The position numbers and the translations under genes are program-made. The notes under the pieces are model-generated. The model made no database searches. It saw only the letters and a list, made by a program, of their open reading frames with translations, and was not told the origin of the DNA. Below, one piece after another: positions 12,590 through 24,827 of a stretch of DNA of 64,000 nt (its first letter is position 1; every line of letters begins with the position of its first letter). The stretch is from Octopus bimaculoides (taxonomy: Eukaryota): the NCBI RefSeq assembly GCF_001194135.2, contig NC_068992.1, forward strand, positions 55,099,823 to 55,163,822. Direction: 5' to 3'.

Positions 12590-13390
12590 TGATTTTCAAA
12601 TCTCCCCTAATTATAAAATATACCCTCTAAGATCTGTTTCTATCATACCCCAATCCTTGCTATTCGTTGTATTTTAAATATATTTTCTTAACCTATTTTT
12701 AATGATCCTTCTTGAATCTAGTATTAATAATTAATCAATATTCTGATTATAACTATTTATATAACATTTCCATTATAATATTTTCTTTATTTTCATTTTA
12801 TATTACCTTAGTTCCTTCTTATATATCTTAGTGTAGCATCTTTTATTGACTTACTTTTATAATTTTTTTTTACGAAAGAATTTTTTTAGTATAATTCATT
12901 TTATAATTTTTCATTAAAACTTTTAGTATAATTCTTCACTGAGATATTTTCTTATATCTTCCTCGTATATCTTAAGATTTTATGTACTCTTAATATATTT
13001 TTTCATAATTTTTCTCTTTTATTAATACCTTGACATCTGTAAAAAATTTTCCTATATCCCACTGTGTACTGTGAACCTAAAATTATAAAATCATTACATT
13101 TTTTACATATTGTATTTTTTTTTTATATATATTAAATATTTTATACTTTTATATTTTCATGCTTTATATTTTGTTATATTTTGTTATATTTTATTTTCAT
13201 ATTTAGTTATATTTTTATTTTTATTTTGTATTTCCTTACATTTTTAAAGTTTGTATAGCATAAAAATTTGGTGGCAATTTAATTTTTTTAACGTTTTCCA
13301 TAAAATTCGTTATATGCTGCAACCTTATATATTAAGTTTATCCCCTTATTTAGTTTTATATGAAATTTATTTTTAGCCTTTGTATATCTA
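12590..13390 (-). repeat. Right arm of the long AT-rich inverted repeat (partner ~9630-10490)
   Basis: See the left arm; T-rich mirror of the A-rich left arm. Confidence 0.9.
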
Positions 13391-14371
13391 CTAGAATAGC
13401 CATGACCGTTCGCTTACCTTGTAAGTCTGAGTTTCCCAACAAATGACTTCATTTCGTGGAATTTTTTTCTTTTCCAGGTTATCTCGCATGCTTTCAACGA
13501 ATGTGACATAGAAATCACGCGTAAACGTCTCGTTCCCCAGAAAAGGAAAATTTGGCTGTTATTTCTTGCACGCCTTACAACCACGTAACAGGTATTTTGG
13601 GTCCTTTACGACAAATAGCTGTTACGTGGTAGCAGGGCCTGCTAGAAATAGCAGCCAAATCTTTGGAGCTGAGATACGTTGAATGTATTCTATAAAAAAA
13701 TTTGTAATGGTATTCCCTTGGAGCGACCATTCGCTTTGACTCTCCGAACATTCATCCGGTTCAGCTGGTTTTGTTCGTTAATTTCGGTAAATATTTTTTA
13801 TTTATTTAGTTTTGTTTTAAAGTGAAAGAGAAGATAAAGTGAAAGCTGTATAAACGTCTATATGAAATGGACGTACGTGTGTGTGTGTGTGTGTGTGCGT
13901 GTGAGAAAGAGAAAGAGAGTGCCACTTACACATACGTGAGAACACACGTTCACTCACTCANNNNNNNNNNNNNNNNNNNNNNNNNNNNNNNNNNNNNNNN
14001 NNNNNNNNNNNNNNNNNNNNNNNNNNNNNNNNNNNNNNNNNNNNNNNNNNNNNNNNNNNNNNNNNNNNNNNNNNNNNNNNNNNNNNNNNNNNNNNNNNNN
14101 NNNNNNNNNNNNNNNNNNNNNNNNNNNNNNNNNNNNNNNNNNNNNNNNNNNNNNNNNNNNNNNNNNNNNNNNNNNNNNNNNNNNNNNNNNNNNNNNNNNN
14201 TCATATACACGTACATACATCTCTCACTTTGTCCTCTCTTTCAATTTAAAACAAGAGTAAATAAATAGACATTTTTTACGGAAATTATCGAACTCCGTAT
14301 GACAGTTCTGAGATTCAAAGCGAAATATTGCCATTCACTTGAAAATAATAAAAAAAAAACAGTAAAATATT

Positions 14372-14515
14372 TTCTACTCTAGGCACAAGGCCCGAAATTT
14401 TTGGGGAAGGGGCCAGTCGATTAGATCAATTCCCGTGCGCAACTGGTACTGAATTTATCGACCCCGGAAAGGATGAAAGTCAGTGTCAACCTCAGCGGAA
14501 TTTGATCTCAGAAGT
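14372..14515 (-). mobile_element. SINE family B, partial
   Basis: Reverse complement of the family B body (CTGAG.TCAAATTCCGC.GAGGT.GAC...CTTTCATCCTTTC.GGGGTCGATAAA..AGTACCAGTT) and of the tail CCTTGTGCCTAGAGTAGA. Confidence 0.8.
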
Positions 14516-14665
14516 AATTCGAGAATGGAGCGGAGTGAACGATGTGATTGCAGAATACCGAAAGAACAAATTCCTATGGGCCCAGCATATACAAACTGTG
14601 CACAAGCTGCCTCAACCAATTTCTCTAGGCTCATTTTAAGTCCAACAATACAGTGACTGTTAAGC

Positions 14666-14996
14666 TCTCGAATTACTTTTCGAATATGCAGTGGCAATGA
14701 TAATGCGATTCTACATGCCAGTCTATGTCGGACACGTTCGTTCCTTTCTCTCATCTAAGTGTTAGAGTTGTTTTCCAGATGTTTATGAGCGTCTGAATAC
14801 CAGTAATTAATGTAATAGTCAGTTTTGTCGGATGTAGACGCTTCAGCAGCTATGAGTGAGGAATAGAGTCAAATGCCTTCCTTTACTCAAGCCATGATCT
14901 AACAAGGCTCCTACTAGATTTTCCCATCAGACAGTGTAGCTTTGTTTATCAAAAGTTATTCGGCACATCCCCCACATTCTTTCTTTCCACTGTCCT
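14666..14996 (-). mobile_element. Non-LTR retrotransposon reverse-transcriptase remnant (R4/Dong-like), inverted relative to the adjacent 3' piece
   Basis: Minus translation GCAE*LLINKATL...KAFDSIPHS*LLKRL...LITGIQTLINIWKTTLTL resembles the R4/Dong RT pattern GCKEQLLINKAIL...YKKAFDSVPHSW...M..WKTTL.L. Confidence 0.7.
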
Positions 14997-15200
14997 GCTT
15001 AACAGTCACTGTATTGTTGGACTTAAAATGAGCCTAGAGAAATTGGTTGAGGCAGCTTGTGCACAGTTTGTACATAATGTTTAGGCAAGCAATGGGCCTG
15101 AACATTTCCAATTTCCGAGTAGTATGTATGAGATCAAAAAGGACCACTCAGAGTGCCACTACGAACATAGGAAGATCATTTAGTTTTAAGATTTTGGTCA
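14997..15200 (+). mobile_element. Probable 3' end of the same R4/Dong-like LINE
   Basis: Plus frame PSSMYEIKKDHSECHYEHRKII* loosely resembles R4-type C-termini (P...EIQK..L.GT.HILRK.L*). The first 76 bp duplicate 14590-14665 in inverted orientation. Confidence 0.4.
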
Positions 15201-15572
15201 GAGTAGAAAAGAAAGGAGCAATCAAAAAAGAATTGGAAGGGCATTGTGACCAGCGATGTTAACAACATCCCACACTCTGGTCGATACAGTTATACAATAA
15301 TATTGCATCATAAATCACAAAAGATAAGCTCTTTATTTCTAAGAACAAAATGAAAAGACAACGGAAAACTTGTACGTACTTATTATGAACCCCACAAAAC
15401 ACGGGCTGAAACATGTTTAATGATATTTTAATTTAAGGAAGACAGATACATAAATACTTTTATTCTTATGATGCGATCTTCCAAATAATTACATATGACA
15501 TTTTTATCATTTAGTAAGTCAAAGAAAATTCAGAGTCATGAAATACTTGCCTGCTAAGGTTTTAATGCCATG

Positions 15573-15619
<47 letters not shown>

Positions 15620-16493
15620 AATATATATATATATATATATANNNNNNNNNNNNNNNNNNNNNNNNNNNNNNNNNNNNNNNNNNNNNNNNNNNNNNNNNNN
15701 NNNNNNNNNNNNNNNNNNNNNNNNNNNNNNNNNNNNNNNNNNNNNNNNNNNNNNNNNNNNNNNNNNNNNNNNNNNNNNNNNNNNNNNNNNNNNNNNNNNN
15801 NNNNNNNNNNNNNNNNNNNNNNNNNNNNNNNNNNNNNNNNNNNNNNNNNNNNNNNNNNNNNNNNNNNNNNNNNNNNNNNNNNNNNNNNNNNNNNNNNNNN
15901 NNNNNNNNNNNNNNNNNNNNNNNNNNNNNNNNNNNNNNNNNNNNNNNNNNNNNNNNNNNNNNNNNNNNNNNNNNNNNNNNNNNNNNNNATTTTATGCGTT
16001 TAAAACAGAAAGTTGATTGGAACCGATAATGTTATTTTCCATTTAATAATTAAATTGATTTTAAAAGAATAGAAGAGAAAAAAAGAAAAGAGAAGAAAAT
16101 AAAATAACGGATGAACGTTAAAAGGAAATTAAAACGTCTGATTTTTGATTAAAGTCAATAACTCCTTAGCTGAAATAATGATTAATTTGTGCAAATTTTT
16201 ACCACTCTACGTATAAAAAAATCGTTCATCAGTTTATTGAAGAAGTCGATATCACACTTGAGTTTAATTAGGTGATTTGAAACTGCCATCCGATATACAA
16301 CAGATATACAACTACCACACATAGTAACACACTCTCACTATTTGCTTTCTTTTTTGTCTCTATCTCTCTCTGCCAATACGTGTCTCCCTGTTTTTCTCGC
16401 ACACACCTAAGCATCGCTGTATGTATGTATGTATGTATGTATGTATGTATGTATGTTTGCATGTATGTGTGTATGAATTGTATATGAGAGAGA

Positions 16494-16550
<57 letters not shown>

Positions 16551-16994
16551 TGAGAGAAAGTGAGAGAAAGAGTGACAGACAGGCGGACAGAGAAAGAGTA
16601 ATGAAGAGGAGCCAATCGGAACCGATCGATTAGTATTAAATGTATATTGTTTGCTTTTCCGAAATTCAATTATATGGCTAATATCAATAAAATATATTCC
16701 CTGATAGAGGATATATATATANNNNNNNNNNNNNNNNNNNNNNNNNNNNNNNNNNNNNNNNNNNNNNNNNNNNNNNNNNNNNNNNNNNNNNNNNNNNNNN
16801 NNNNNNNNNNNNNNNNNNNNNNNNNNNNNNNNNNNNNNNNNNNNNNNNNNNNNNNNNNNNNNNNNNNNNNNNNNNNNNNNNNNNNNNNNNNNNNNNNNNN
16901 NNNNNNNNNNNNNNNNNNNNNNNNNNTATAATATAATATAATATATATATATTCACTTACATGTACACATACATGCATAGGCACACATAGAAAG

Positions 16995-17016
<22 letters not shown>

Positions 17017-17068
<52 letters not shown>

Positions 17069-17097
17069 AAGAAGAAGAAGAAGAAGAAGAAGAAGAG
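17017..17097. repeat. (AAT)n-(AAG)n compound microsatellite
   Basis: Directly visible. Confidence 0.9.
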
Positions 17098-17575
17098 ATC
17101 ACAAATGATTGTGGGAGAGAGAGGTTGTTAGTCTCAAGCATAAAATTGGTTTGTATAGATAACAAAATATAGATGACACTCGATCAGTAAGTCTTGGTAA
17201 TTTCTTTGAAACATGTGTAATGCGCGCTTATCTAATCTGTCCCCTTTACTCCCTGATATATAAATATGCATTAATTGGCATACTACATCTATTTATGACA
17301 TTATCTGCAGTACATAGTAAATTTGAGAATATCTAACATAACATGAAGCTAACTCTCCGCTTCAACCACAGATTAGGCATATACCCATATATGCGTGCGT
17401 TTATATCTGTATATCTATCAATGTATCTACCTACCTATCTCCCTATCTACCAACCTACCTACCTACCTACCTACCTACCTACCTACAAACATACATACCT
17501 ACACTCACACCCATACACACCCATACACACACGCATACACATATACATATACATACATTTATATATATGTATATT

Positions 17576-17621
<46 letters not shown>

Positions 17622-17640
17622 CATATATGCATACATATTT

Positions 17641-17679
<39 letters not shown>

Positions 17680-17686
17680 CATACAT

Positions 17687-17747
<61 letters not shown>

Positions 17748-20130
17748 CTAGCTTACATTATCTAATTGTAGGCGAGTCGGTTTGTGATGTCTGTAAGATA
17801 TAAAGCGGGAGGAGCAACTGATAGTTAGAAAGAGTGTGTATGTGAGAGTGAGAGAGTAAGATTGCTATGCATCTTAGAAAGTCGAACTTGAGGATTTTAT
17901 TCCTTCTTTTTTTTCTGCAATCATGAGTTTGGTTATCATCACAACTAATTTATATACATCTTGAATACCGTGTCCTGTTTGAAACACTTGGGCCAAATTC
18001 CGAATGAAAGAAATATATGTGCTAAATTTTCCAGACAATTGCTTCATGAAATAACAAATTAGGGGACGCTGATCAAGGAAACAATGACGAAAAAGAAGAC
18101 GAAGAGAACGACAAAGTTCAAGTGAAGTAATGGCTGAAAGAGCTAAATTAAATCAGTGCAAGAGATATCCTTTGTTGCTATAAAATGGACAAGGAAGCAA
18201 GAAAAATGCATATGAATGTGTGTTAATAGACTTAGTGCATTGCAAGTAGAAGTACTGAGAAAGAAAAGAATAAAAATAGAATTCCTCGCAGAAGTTCGTA
18301 ACAACAACGCAGAGATAAAAAAAGTGGGGTCAGATAGAAAGAAAGAGATTTGCTGAAACGGGACAATTTCCATCTAAAGAAACAGAGGAAAGGGCGAAGA
18401 ATATATAAAATGAAAATAGAATGAAAAAGGAAAAGGTATCGTTGGAGAAATCGAAGAAAAGTGAAGGATGAAAAATGAATTCAAAAAAATACAAACGGAA
18501 GAGAAAATGGAACTAACCAAGCTGGTTAACTGTACTAATATAAGGGACGAAACATATCTGTTCGAGTGAACGAATGATGATATAATAAATATCTGATGCA
18601 AACTCGTATATTTATTACAATGAATGACATTTGCTAGTTCTGTATGTCACTGAAATATATATCAAAAGAACAACTCCAACAAAGGAGGGAGAAAATAAGA
18701 GAAAAACTTTCTGAATTGAGATGTTATTATATGAAAAAGAAGAAGATTAGGAGAAAGCCTGATAGGCAACAGCTATCTGCTCGCAGAGAAATTACAGAGC
18801 AACATAAAATAAGTAATGATGCATTTCAAGAAAGTGAACATAATTGTGGAAAAGTAGAAATAATGTATGAGTGTTGTGGTTCATAAAACGTCCTACTGAT
18901 TGGAAATTTGAAGTTTTGTTATTGTACCAAAGGAATTCCATGCATATTTGCCCCTTTTAATGAATAATCCAGCACATATACATTATCAGATCTTGCAAGA
19001 CATTACGTATTATCATTCACATTTGCATGTATGAGAACGGATATTTTTGGACCTATTCGATGGAGACATTGTTTCTGAGTACATAGTAAAATCTATCATC
19101 GTGCATCTAACTTGCACTTAAACGATGATGAAGAGCGATACTTGATACAACTCTGTATGTTAGACACCAGCGAAGAAGGTAACACTAGAAATAGGTAGCA
19201 GAATATAATCATGGTTCCCTAAATGAAATTAATGAAAATCTCGACAATTTCGTTTGAGATTATAATTATTTGGAAAAACGTATCAAACAAGAGAACCAAG
19301 CGCGAGGAAGAATAGAAATTACAATAGAAAATAGACATTTACCCATCGAAAATGTAGTATTTAAGAGAGTTCTGAATTCAACGTAAGATGATGCAACTTA
19401 CCAGTCGTTGAAGAAGCAGCCATAATATTTACGCATAAAATAAAAGAAGTTTCGTTTGAAAATATTTTCGTGTGATAATATTTAAATATACTTGTGATTA
19501 ATTTAAGTATTCTTATTTTAATCTTAGACTATGTAACATATAATTTATCATATCTATTTGGAGATCCTGGCTGCTAGCCAAATATATAGATAAACATAGC
19601 TGTGTCTTCAATGCAATGTAATTATCGTATTAAAACATAAAGTAACACAGGCTATAGTCAGGTAACATCTGAATCCAACTTTCTATGGCAGAATACATTT
19701 CAAGCAGTGAGCTGTGGATTGTTATTTCCGAGGTGAGGCAAATGACTTTATGTACGTTCACAACAACAATAGCGGAACAGTATAAAGGATTATCTGACCA
19801 TTTATTTAATCCAGCTTACCATACTGATGTACTTGCGGTGAACAGTAATATAAACTTCATCTATTCAAGGTTCCCTAGGCAACATAGGAGAGCGCTACCT
19901 TGATGACATAGCCATAGTGAAAGAAGTATGAAATCCAAACATATTTCTAACCTAAAACGGGCAAAATCCGTAAAAGTCTCTTTGTCAAACTCCTGGCAGA
20001 CAATAAGAACCTGGATAGCGCGATATATATCTCTAAATATATTACATAAAGTTAACAGGAGGCTATTTTACGGTATTACATAAAAGTGGCTTTCATCTCG
20101 GTCATATCTTAATCACAAGATAATATTGGT

Positions 20131-20339
20131 TTCAGATTTTGGTCTAAGGCCAGCAATTTCGTTGGATGTTATAATTCGATTACATCGACTCCAGTGATCA
20201 ATTGATACTTATTTTATTGACCTCTAAAGGATGAAACGCAAAGTGGACCTCATCGGAATTTGAACTCAGAACCTAAAGACAGACGAAATGCCGCTTAGAA
20301 CTTTGCCCGGCGTGCTAACGATTCTGCCGGCTCGCCGCC
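20131..20339 (-). mobile_element. SINE family B, full length
   Basis: Reverse complement of GGCGGCGAGCCGGCAGAATCGTTAGCACGCCGGGC...CTGAGTTCAAATTCC...CCTTAGACC. Confidence 0.85.
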
Positions 20340-20371
20340 ATGAATCACAAAATAATATTGATAAGATAGTG

Positions 20372-20590
20372 TAAGGCAGTGTGTAAAATAAGTAAGCACA
20401 CAGAGCAAAATGTTTAGCCGCATTTTGCCCGTCTGTATGTCCTGAGTTCAAATTCCCCTGAGGTCGATTTTGCCTTCTATCCTTTCGGAGTTAATAAAAT
20501 GAGTACCAGTTGATCACTGGGGTCGATGTAATCGAATAATAATCTACTATGGAATTACTGGCTTTGTGCCAAAATGTGAAAACGATATTG
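20372..20590 (+). mobile_element. SINE family B, head-to-head with the 20131-20339 copy
   Basis: CTGAGTTCAAATTCCCCTGAGGTCGATTTTGCCTTCTATCCTTTCGG...AGTACCAGTT...GGGGTCGATGTAATCGA. Confidence 0.8.
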
Positions 20591-22159
20591 ATAAAATAGT
20601 GTGTGTGCTGAATTTTCTAATCCTGAAACCTGCCCTGTACTTCACGAAATAGTGCTAAGATATATGATACATGGACCATATGAAGGCAATAATCCAGATG
20701 AACCATGCGTAGCCAATTGTAAGGTTACAAAAACTGTATCCCAGGGAATATATGATAAGGTAGATGCTAATTTGGATGAGTATCCAATATATGAGCAGTA
20801 AAGAACAGTTTGAGTTTTATACTGAAATAGCAGACGATTATGCTTTCAATAAAGGAACATATCAATGGAAATGTAGAAAACAAACAAACAAAATTATACT
20901 AGAAATTTATTTTCAGCTCAAGGGATATTGTAAAGGTTCACATTTTTCTATCACTACTGCATATTTCAGGCAATACAAATTTTGAAGATTTGTGAAATGT
21001 TAATGGAGAAGCATTTCAAAAATTCCAGAAGGTAAAGGAAAACCACAATTTATTTACAATCGTGTGTAGATGAGGTGTCTAGAAGAAGATGCAAGCGTTG
21101 ATAAACAATCTCAGTGAAAGTCAATCTAGGCATTGATATATGTACTTAACAATCCATAAACGCCTGTAAAATTGTATAATATGACTATGCACTCATCGAA
21201 AACTTTCCTATAATATACCTGAGATATACCTCTGTTGAAAAGTCTGCAAATGAAAATTTGACATCTGATTGCATTGTCTTAGTTATAATATTAGGTCTAC
21301 TACATCCGGCCTTATATTACTTATAATTATCTATAATTATTCTCTTGAAACAAATAAGTTGTAGAAACAATTAGATGAGGAAAAGAGAGTAGTCATGATT
21401 TCTCATTAGGGGAATTTAGGTCATGCAACTGATAATGGCAACACATGATTTTCCTATGCAAATAGAACTAATGAAACTGGAAAATACCTACTTTTACCAC
21501 ACAGTCATTAGCTTCATATATGTCAGCAAATCATTACAATTGCAACAACTGGAATGGTTACTGATTTACTATGCACTGACTTTAAAAATCTATTAATAGT
21601 AACATCACTTTCAATAACGAGAATGCCTCTTTTGAAGCACGATATCTTCAGGATGCATTTGTTATCGCCGGTGAAGAAGCCTGTACTTTATGAAGTAATT
21701 CATTGCGTGTCTTTGTTTTTATCTTTTACCTGTTTTTGTCATCGGACTGCGGCCATGCTAGGGCACTGATTTGAAAAGAAGAAACTCAGCGGAAATCGGA
21801 CCAGAGAAGAGTAGTCAATATACCCGACGCCTCTAACAATTCCGCCACTTTATCTAAAGGTGATAATGTTTCACTGAGACAACAGGCTGCTGTTGCTAAG
21901 ATTATCTCAGAAAACATCAATATCGACAGAGGAGGAACATGCACCAGAAATTCTTCATTACAGAAGCATGTGAACATCCTTCAACTCAGTGCACATAAGA
22001 AATGTTGGACAAGAAATTCTAATAGTTGGATCTTGATCATTGCTGAAGGGACTAAAAAGATTGTTTTATGATAACATACTTCCCTCGAATACCATGGAGT
22101 ATGATTAACAAAGTGCAAGTAACATTTATGGGGATTCAATCAATATCAGCTATAACAAT

Positions 22160-22340
22160 ATCAGCTGATAGAATCGTTAGCGCGCTTGACGAAATACTTA
22201 GCGGTATTTCGCCCGTTGCTACGTTCTGAGTTCAAATTCCATCGAGGCGCCGATAAAACAAGTACCAGTTGAACACAGGTGCCGATGTAATCGACTCATC
22301 CTCACCTCCTCCAAGCTTCCCTTGTGGCAAAATTTCAAAA
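22160..22340 (+). mobile_element. SINE family B
   Basis: GAATCGTTAGCGCGC...TACGTTCTGAGTTCAAATTCC...AGTACCAGTT...GATGTAATCGAC. Confidence 0.8.
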
Positions 22341-23342
22341 TAATAATGATTATTAGTATTACTATTATTATGACAGTACTTTTTCTTTTGAGTTAGACAG
22401 CATATGAAATAATATTCCCCTATAATCCATTGATTTTTTAAAATCCTTTCTGCTAGTATTTATAATTACAATGAATAAATTTCGAGTCTCAGTCTTTTGA
22501 CAAAGCAGGATACAACTGTCAGCGTCTATGTTTCGTCCTGTGTTGCTATAGGTAGCTTTAAATAGGACGAAAAATCAACCACACTCGAAATCACGGATAC
22601 CGCCTCACATGAAGCATGGGCTTCCTTTAGAAGATAATTGTGTTTTGGCACAAGAAAATGAATTGAAACATGAACTACTGACGTAAATTATAGGTTTAGA
22701 TTATTACGATGCAAGTACTGACTTTTGTGCTGTTAACTAGACTATTGGAAATTAACAAAACTTCGTCATGAAAATATTCACTTTAGAAATGTTAGCTAAA
22801 ATACGAAGACAAAACATGTCTGGGGTAAAAGACGTAACAAGTTCAAGAAAATAGTAATTAGTTTTGAGTAATTTCAATCATTATAGTTTTTATTGGTTTA
22901 TTGTAAAGTAATAAATTGAATCTGACAATTTTAAATGAACTGATTGTATCTGTAATCTATAAGATTGCAGCAGTAATTTTTTAAGTTGTAAGTTGTAATC
23001 ATATAAAAAAATAGTAACAAATGAGTAAATAATTGTAGATAAATTGTTGGTGAAAATATAATGTTTTGAGGCTGGACGAAACTGGAGAGATTGATGTCAT
23101 TTAAATAAATACTTACCTAGTGAACATATAGCTAAAGTGAATTTTTAAAAATTCCTGACGACTTTTTCCCCACCGTCCATTATTATAGTATTACAACATT
23201 AATGTAATTGAGAGTTAAACAGAATTATTTTTATTGACAACATATCCATTATAGATATTCGAAAAGCTTGTTTTATTTGATACTATTTTAAGTTATGTTG
23301 ATTTTCAAAATTAGATTAATTTCCTTATTTTGTACAGGTATT

Positions 23343-23870
23343 AAGGCGGCTAGCGGGTAGAATCCTTACCGCGCTGGATAAAACGATAAGCAGCATTTCT
23401 TCCCGATCATTATCTTCTGAGTTCTTATCCATTTCGATCAAATTTTGCGTTTAATCTACCCAGGTGCTATGTCATTGATCATTTTCAAAATTACTGGCAT
23501 TGTGCGTAAATAAGAAACCATTATTTCCGGTTCTTTACATACTAAGTTCAAATCCCACCGAAGTCAACTTTGCCTTTCATCCTTTCAAAGACCCTAAAAT
23601 AAAACACAAGTCAAGTACTGGGATCGATGTAAAGTAAAGCCATTCCCCGCAAATATTGCTGGACTTGTGTCAAAAATAAAAACCGAAGGCCGTGAGTTGG
23701 AAGAGTTGTTATCGACGTCGGACAAACTTCTTAGCGCATTGCTTTCGGATCTTTACGTTGTGAGTTCAAATACCACTGAGGATGACTTTGCCGTTCACTC
23801 TTTCGGATTCAATAAAATTAGTACCAGTCATGTACTGGAGTCGATGTGATCGACTCCCCACAGCACTCAA
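23343..23870 (+). mobile_element. Three degenerate tandem SINE family B copies
   Basis: Repeated heads and bodies at ~23343, ~23530 and ~23686 (AGTTCAAAT.CCAC.GA.G...GACTTTGCC.TTCA.TC.TTTC). Confidence 0.7.
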
Positions 23871-23922
23871 AATGAAAAGAAAAAAGTAATGTAATTAAAA
23901 AGAATAACATTTATAATTATTA

Positions 23923-24142
23923 TACGTTCAAGAGGATACTGAAAGCTCCTGGTTTCAAGGGTATCGCAAAATGCCTGACTTCGGGCCCAACCTTCCGATT
24001 TCTTTTACAGGGTTTAGAAAAACTGAAGGGCCGCTGCAATAAGTGTGTGAATCTGAGAGTGGAATATGTTGAATAAAATCATAATTAACTGATCTTCTTG
24101 TATTTTCTTTTACCCAAAGGAACTTTTCAACATCCACTCGTA
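23923..24142 (+). mobile_element. Mariner-derived MITE carrying the transposase 3' end
   Basis: The internal frame LQGLEKLKGRCNKCVNLRVEYVE* is a mariner C-terminus. Right TIR ...GGAACTTTTCAACATCCACTCG-TA; imperfect left TIR TA-CG...GAGGATACTGAAAGCTCCTGG; TA flanks. Confidence 0.75.
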
Positions 24143-24532
24143 TATAGCGTTATAGAATATTACCCAAAATAGACCAGTATATACCAAAAGTTGAATTTCT
24201 CTTCATACGGTAACACTCTACTTATAATATTCTTTCTTTTATTTCTTAAAAAATGTCACACTAGTTTATATGGAATTAATAGTTTACATTTGTTTTAATT
24301 TATAGTTAAACAATATTATTGTTATTAATAATATATATTAATTGCAAATACAAAAATGTGGAATTTCATGTATTTGATATTATTTTTAATGGGGAGTTTT
24401 AAATTTGATAATTAGTATTCATTTCTCTATTGTACATAAACACCATGGAAACTAAAAAGACATAAAATAACAAAGTTACAAATATTTAATTATAATACTT
24501 GTAATTATTTTATCATAATACACACACACACA

Positions 24533-24790
24533 CAAGGTGATGTCCAAGAGTTCCCGGATTAATTATGTTTAATAAAAAACAACTTATTTTACTTAAATTT
24601 TAACATCTCCTTCGAAATAGTCATATTGTGCAGCAATTCACCGGTCCCAGTTTTTCTGCCACTTTTGGAATCCGACCTAGAAGCCGTTTTTTGTAAGTGA
24701 AGCGAGGACCGTGTGCTTCCATCTATTGGCGCGCTGAACAAACACTAGTTGGTTAAGTCGATTTGAGTTTAAGGCAAAGTAATGCAGCGA
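24533..24790 (-). mobile_element. Mariner non-autonomous remnant (3' end + TIR)
   Basis: Minus frame ASLTKNGF*VGFQKWQKNWDR*IAAQYDYFEGD; TIR-like CAAGGTGATGTCCAAGAGTTCCCGGA at the left end. Confidence 0.7.
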
Positions 24791-24827
24791 ATATATGTCC
24801 ATAAGTATTCAATATTATATGATGATC

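Larger units (their letters stand above)
17761..21710 (+). mobile_element. Decayed Helitron RepHel (Rep + Pif1-like helicase) fossil with internal deletions, interrupted by a SINE pair
   Basis: Motifs appear in the correct order across stops and frameshifts: K/E/R-rich N-terminus; HNCGKVEIMYECCGS; VHSKIYHRASNL...LIQLCMLDT; AEFSNPETCPVLHEIVLRYMIHGPYEGNNPDEPC...DEYPIY; YQWKCRKQ...GNTNFEDL*NVNG; Walker A-like NETGKYLL...IATTGMVTDLL; Walker B-like VIAGEEA. Possible 5' A|TC junction at 17761 (weak). Confidence 0.8.

Noticed and set aside
13478-13591. Strong plus-strand acceptor TTTTTTTCTTTTCCAG with a 36-codon frame
   Set aside because: Weak donors, an in-frame stop before the better donor, no recognisable peptide, and it adjoins a repeat-tail motif.
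23105-23200. Perfect minus-strand donor AG|GTAAGT at 23116
   Set aside because: All upstream frames hit stops before any usable acceptor; at most a non-coding exon.
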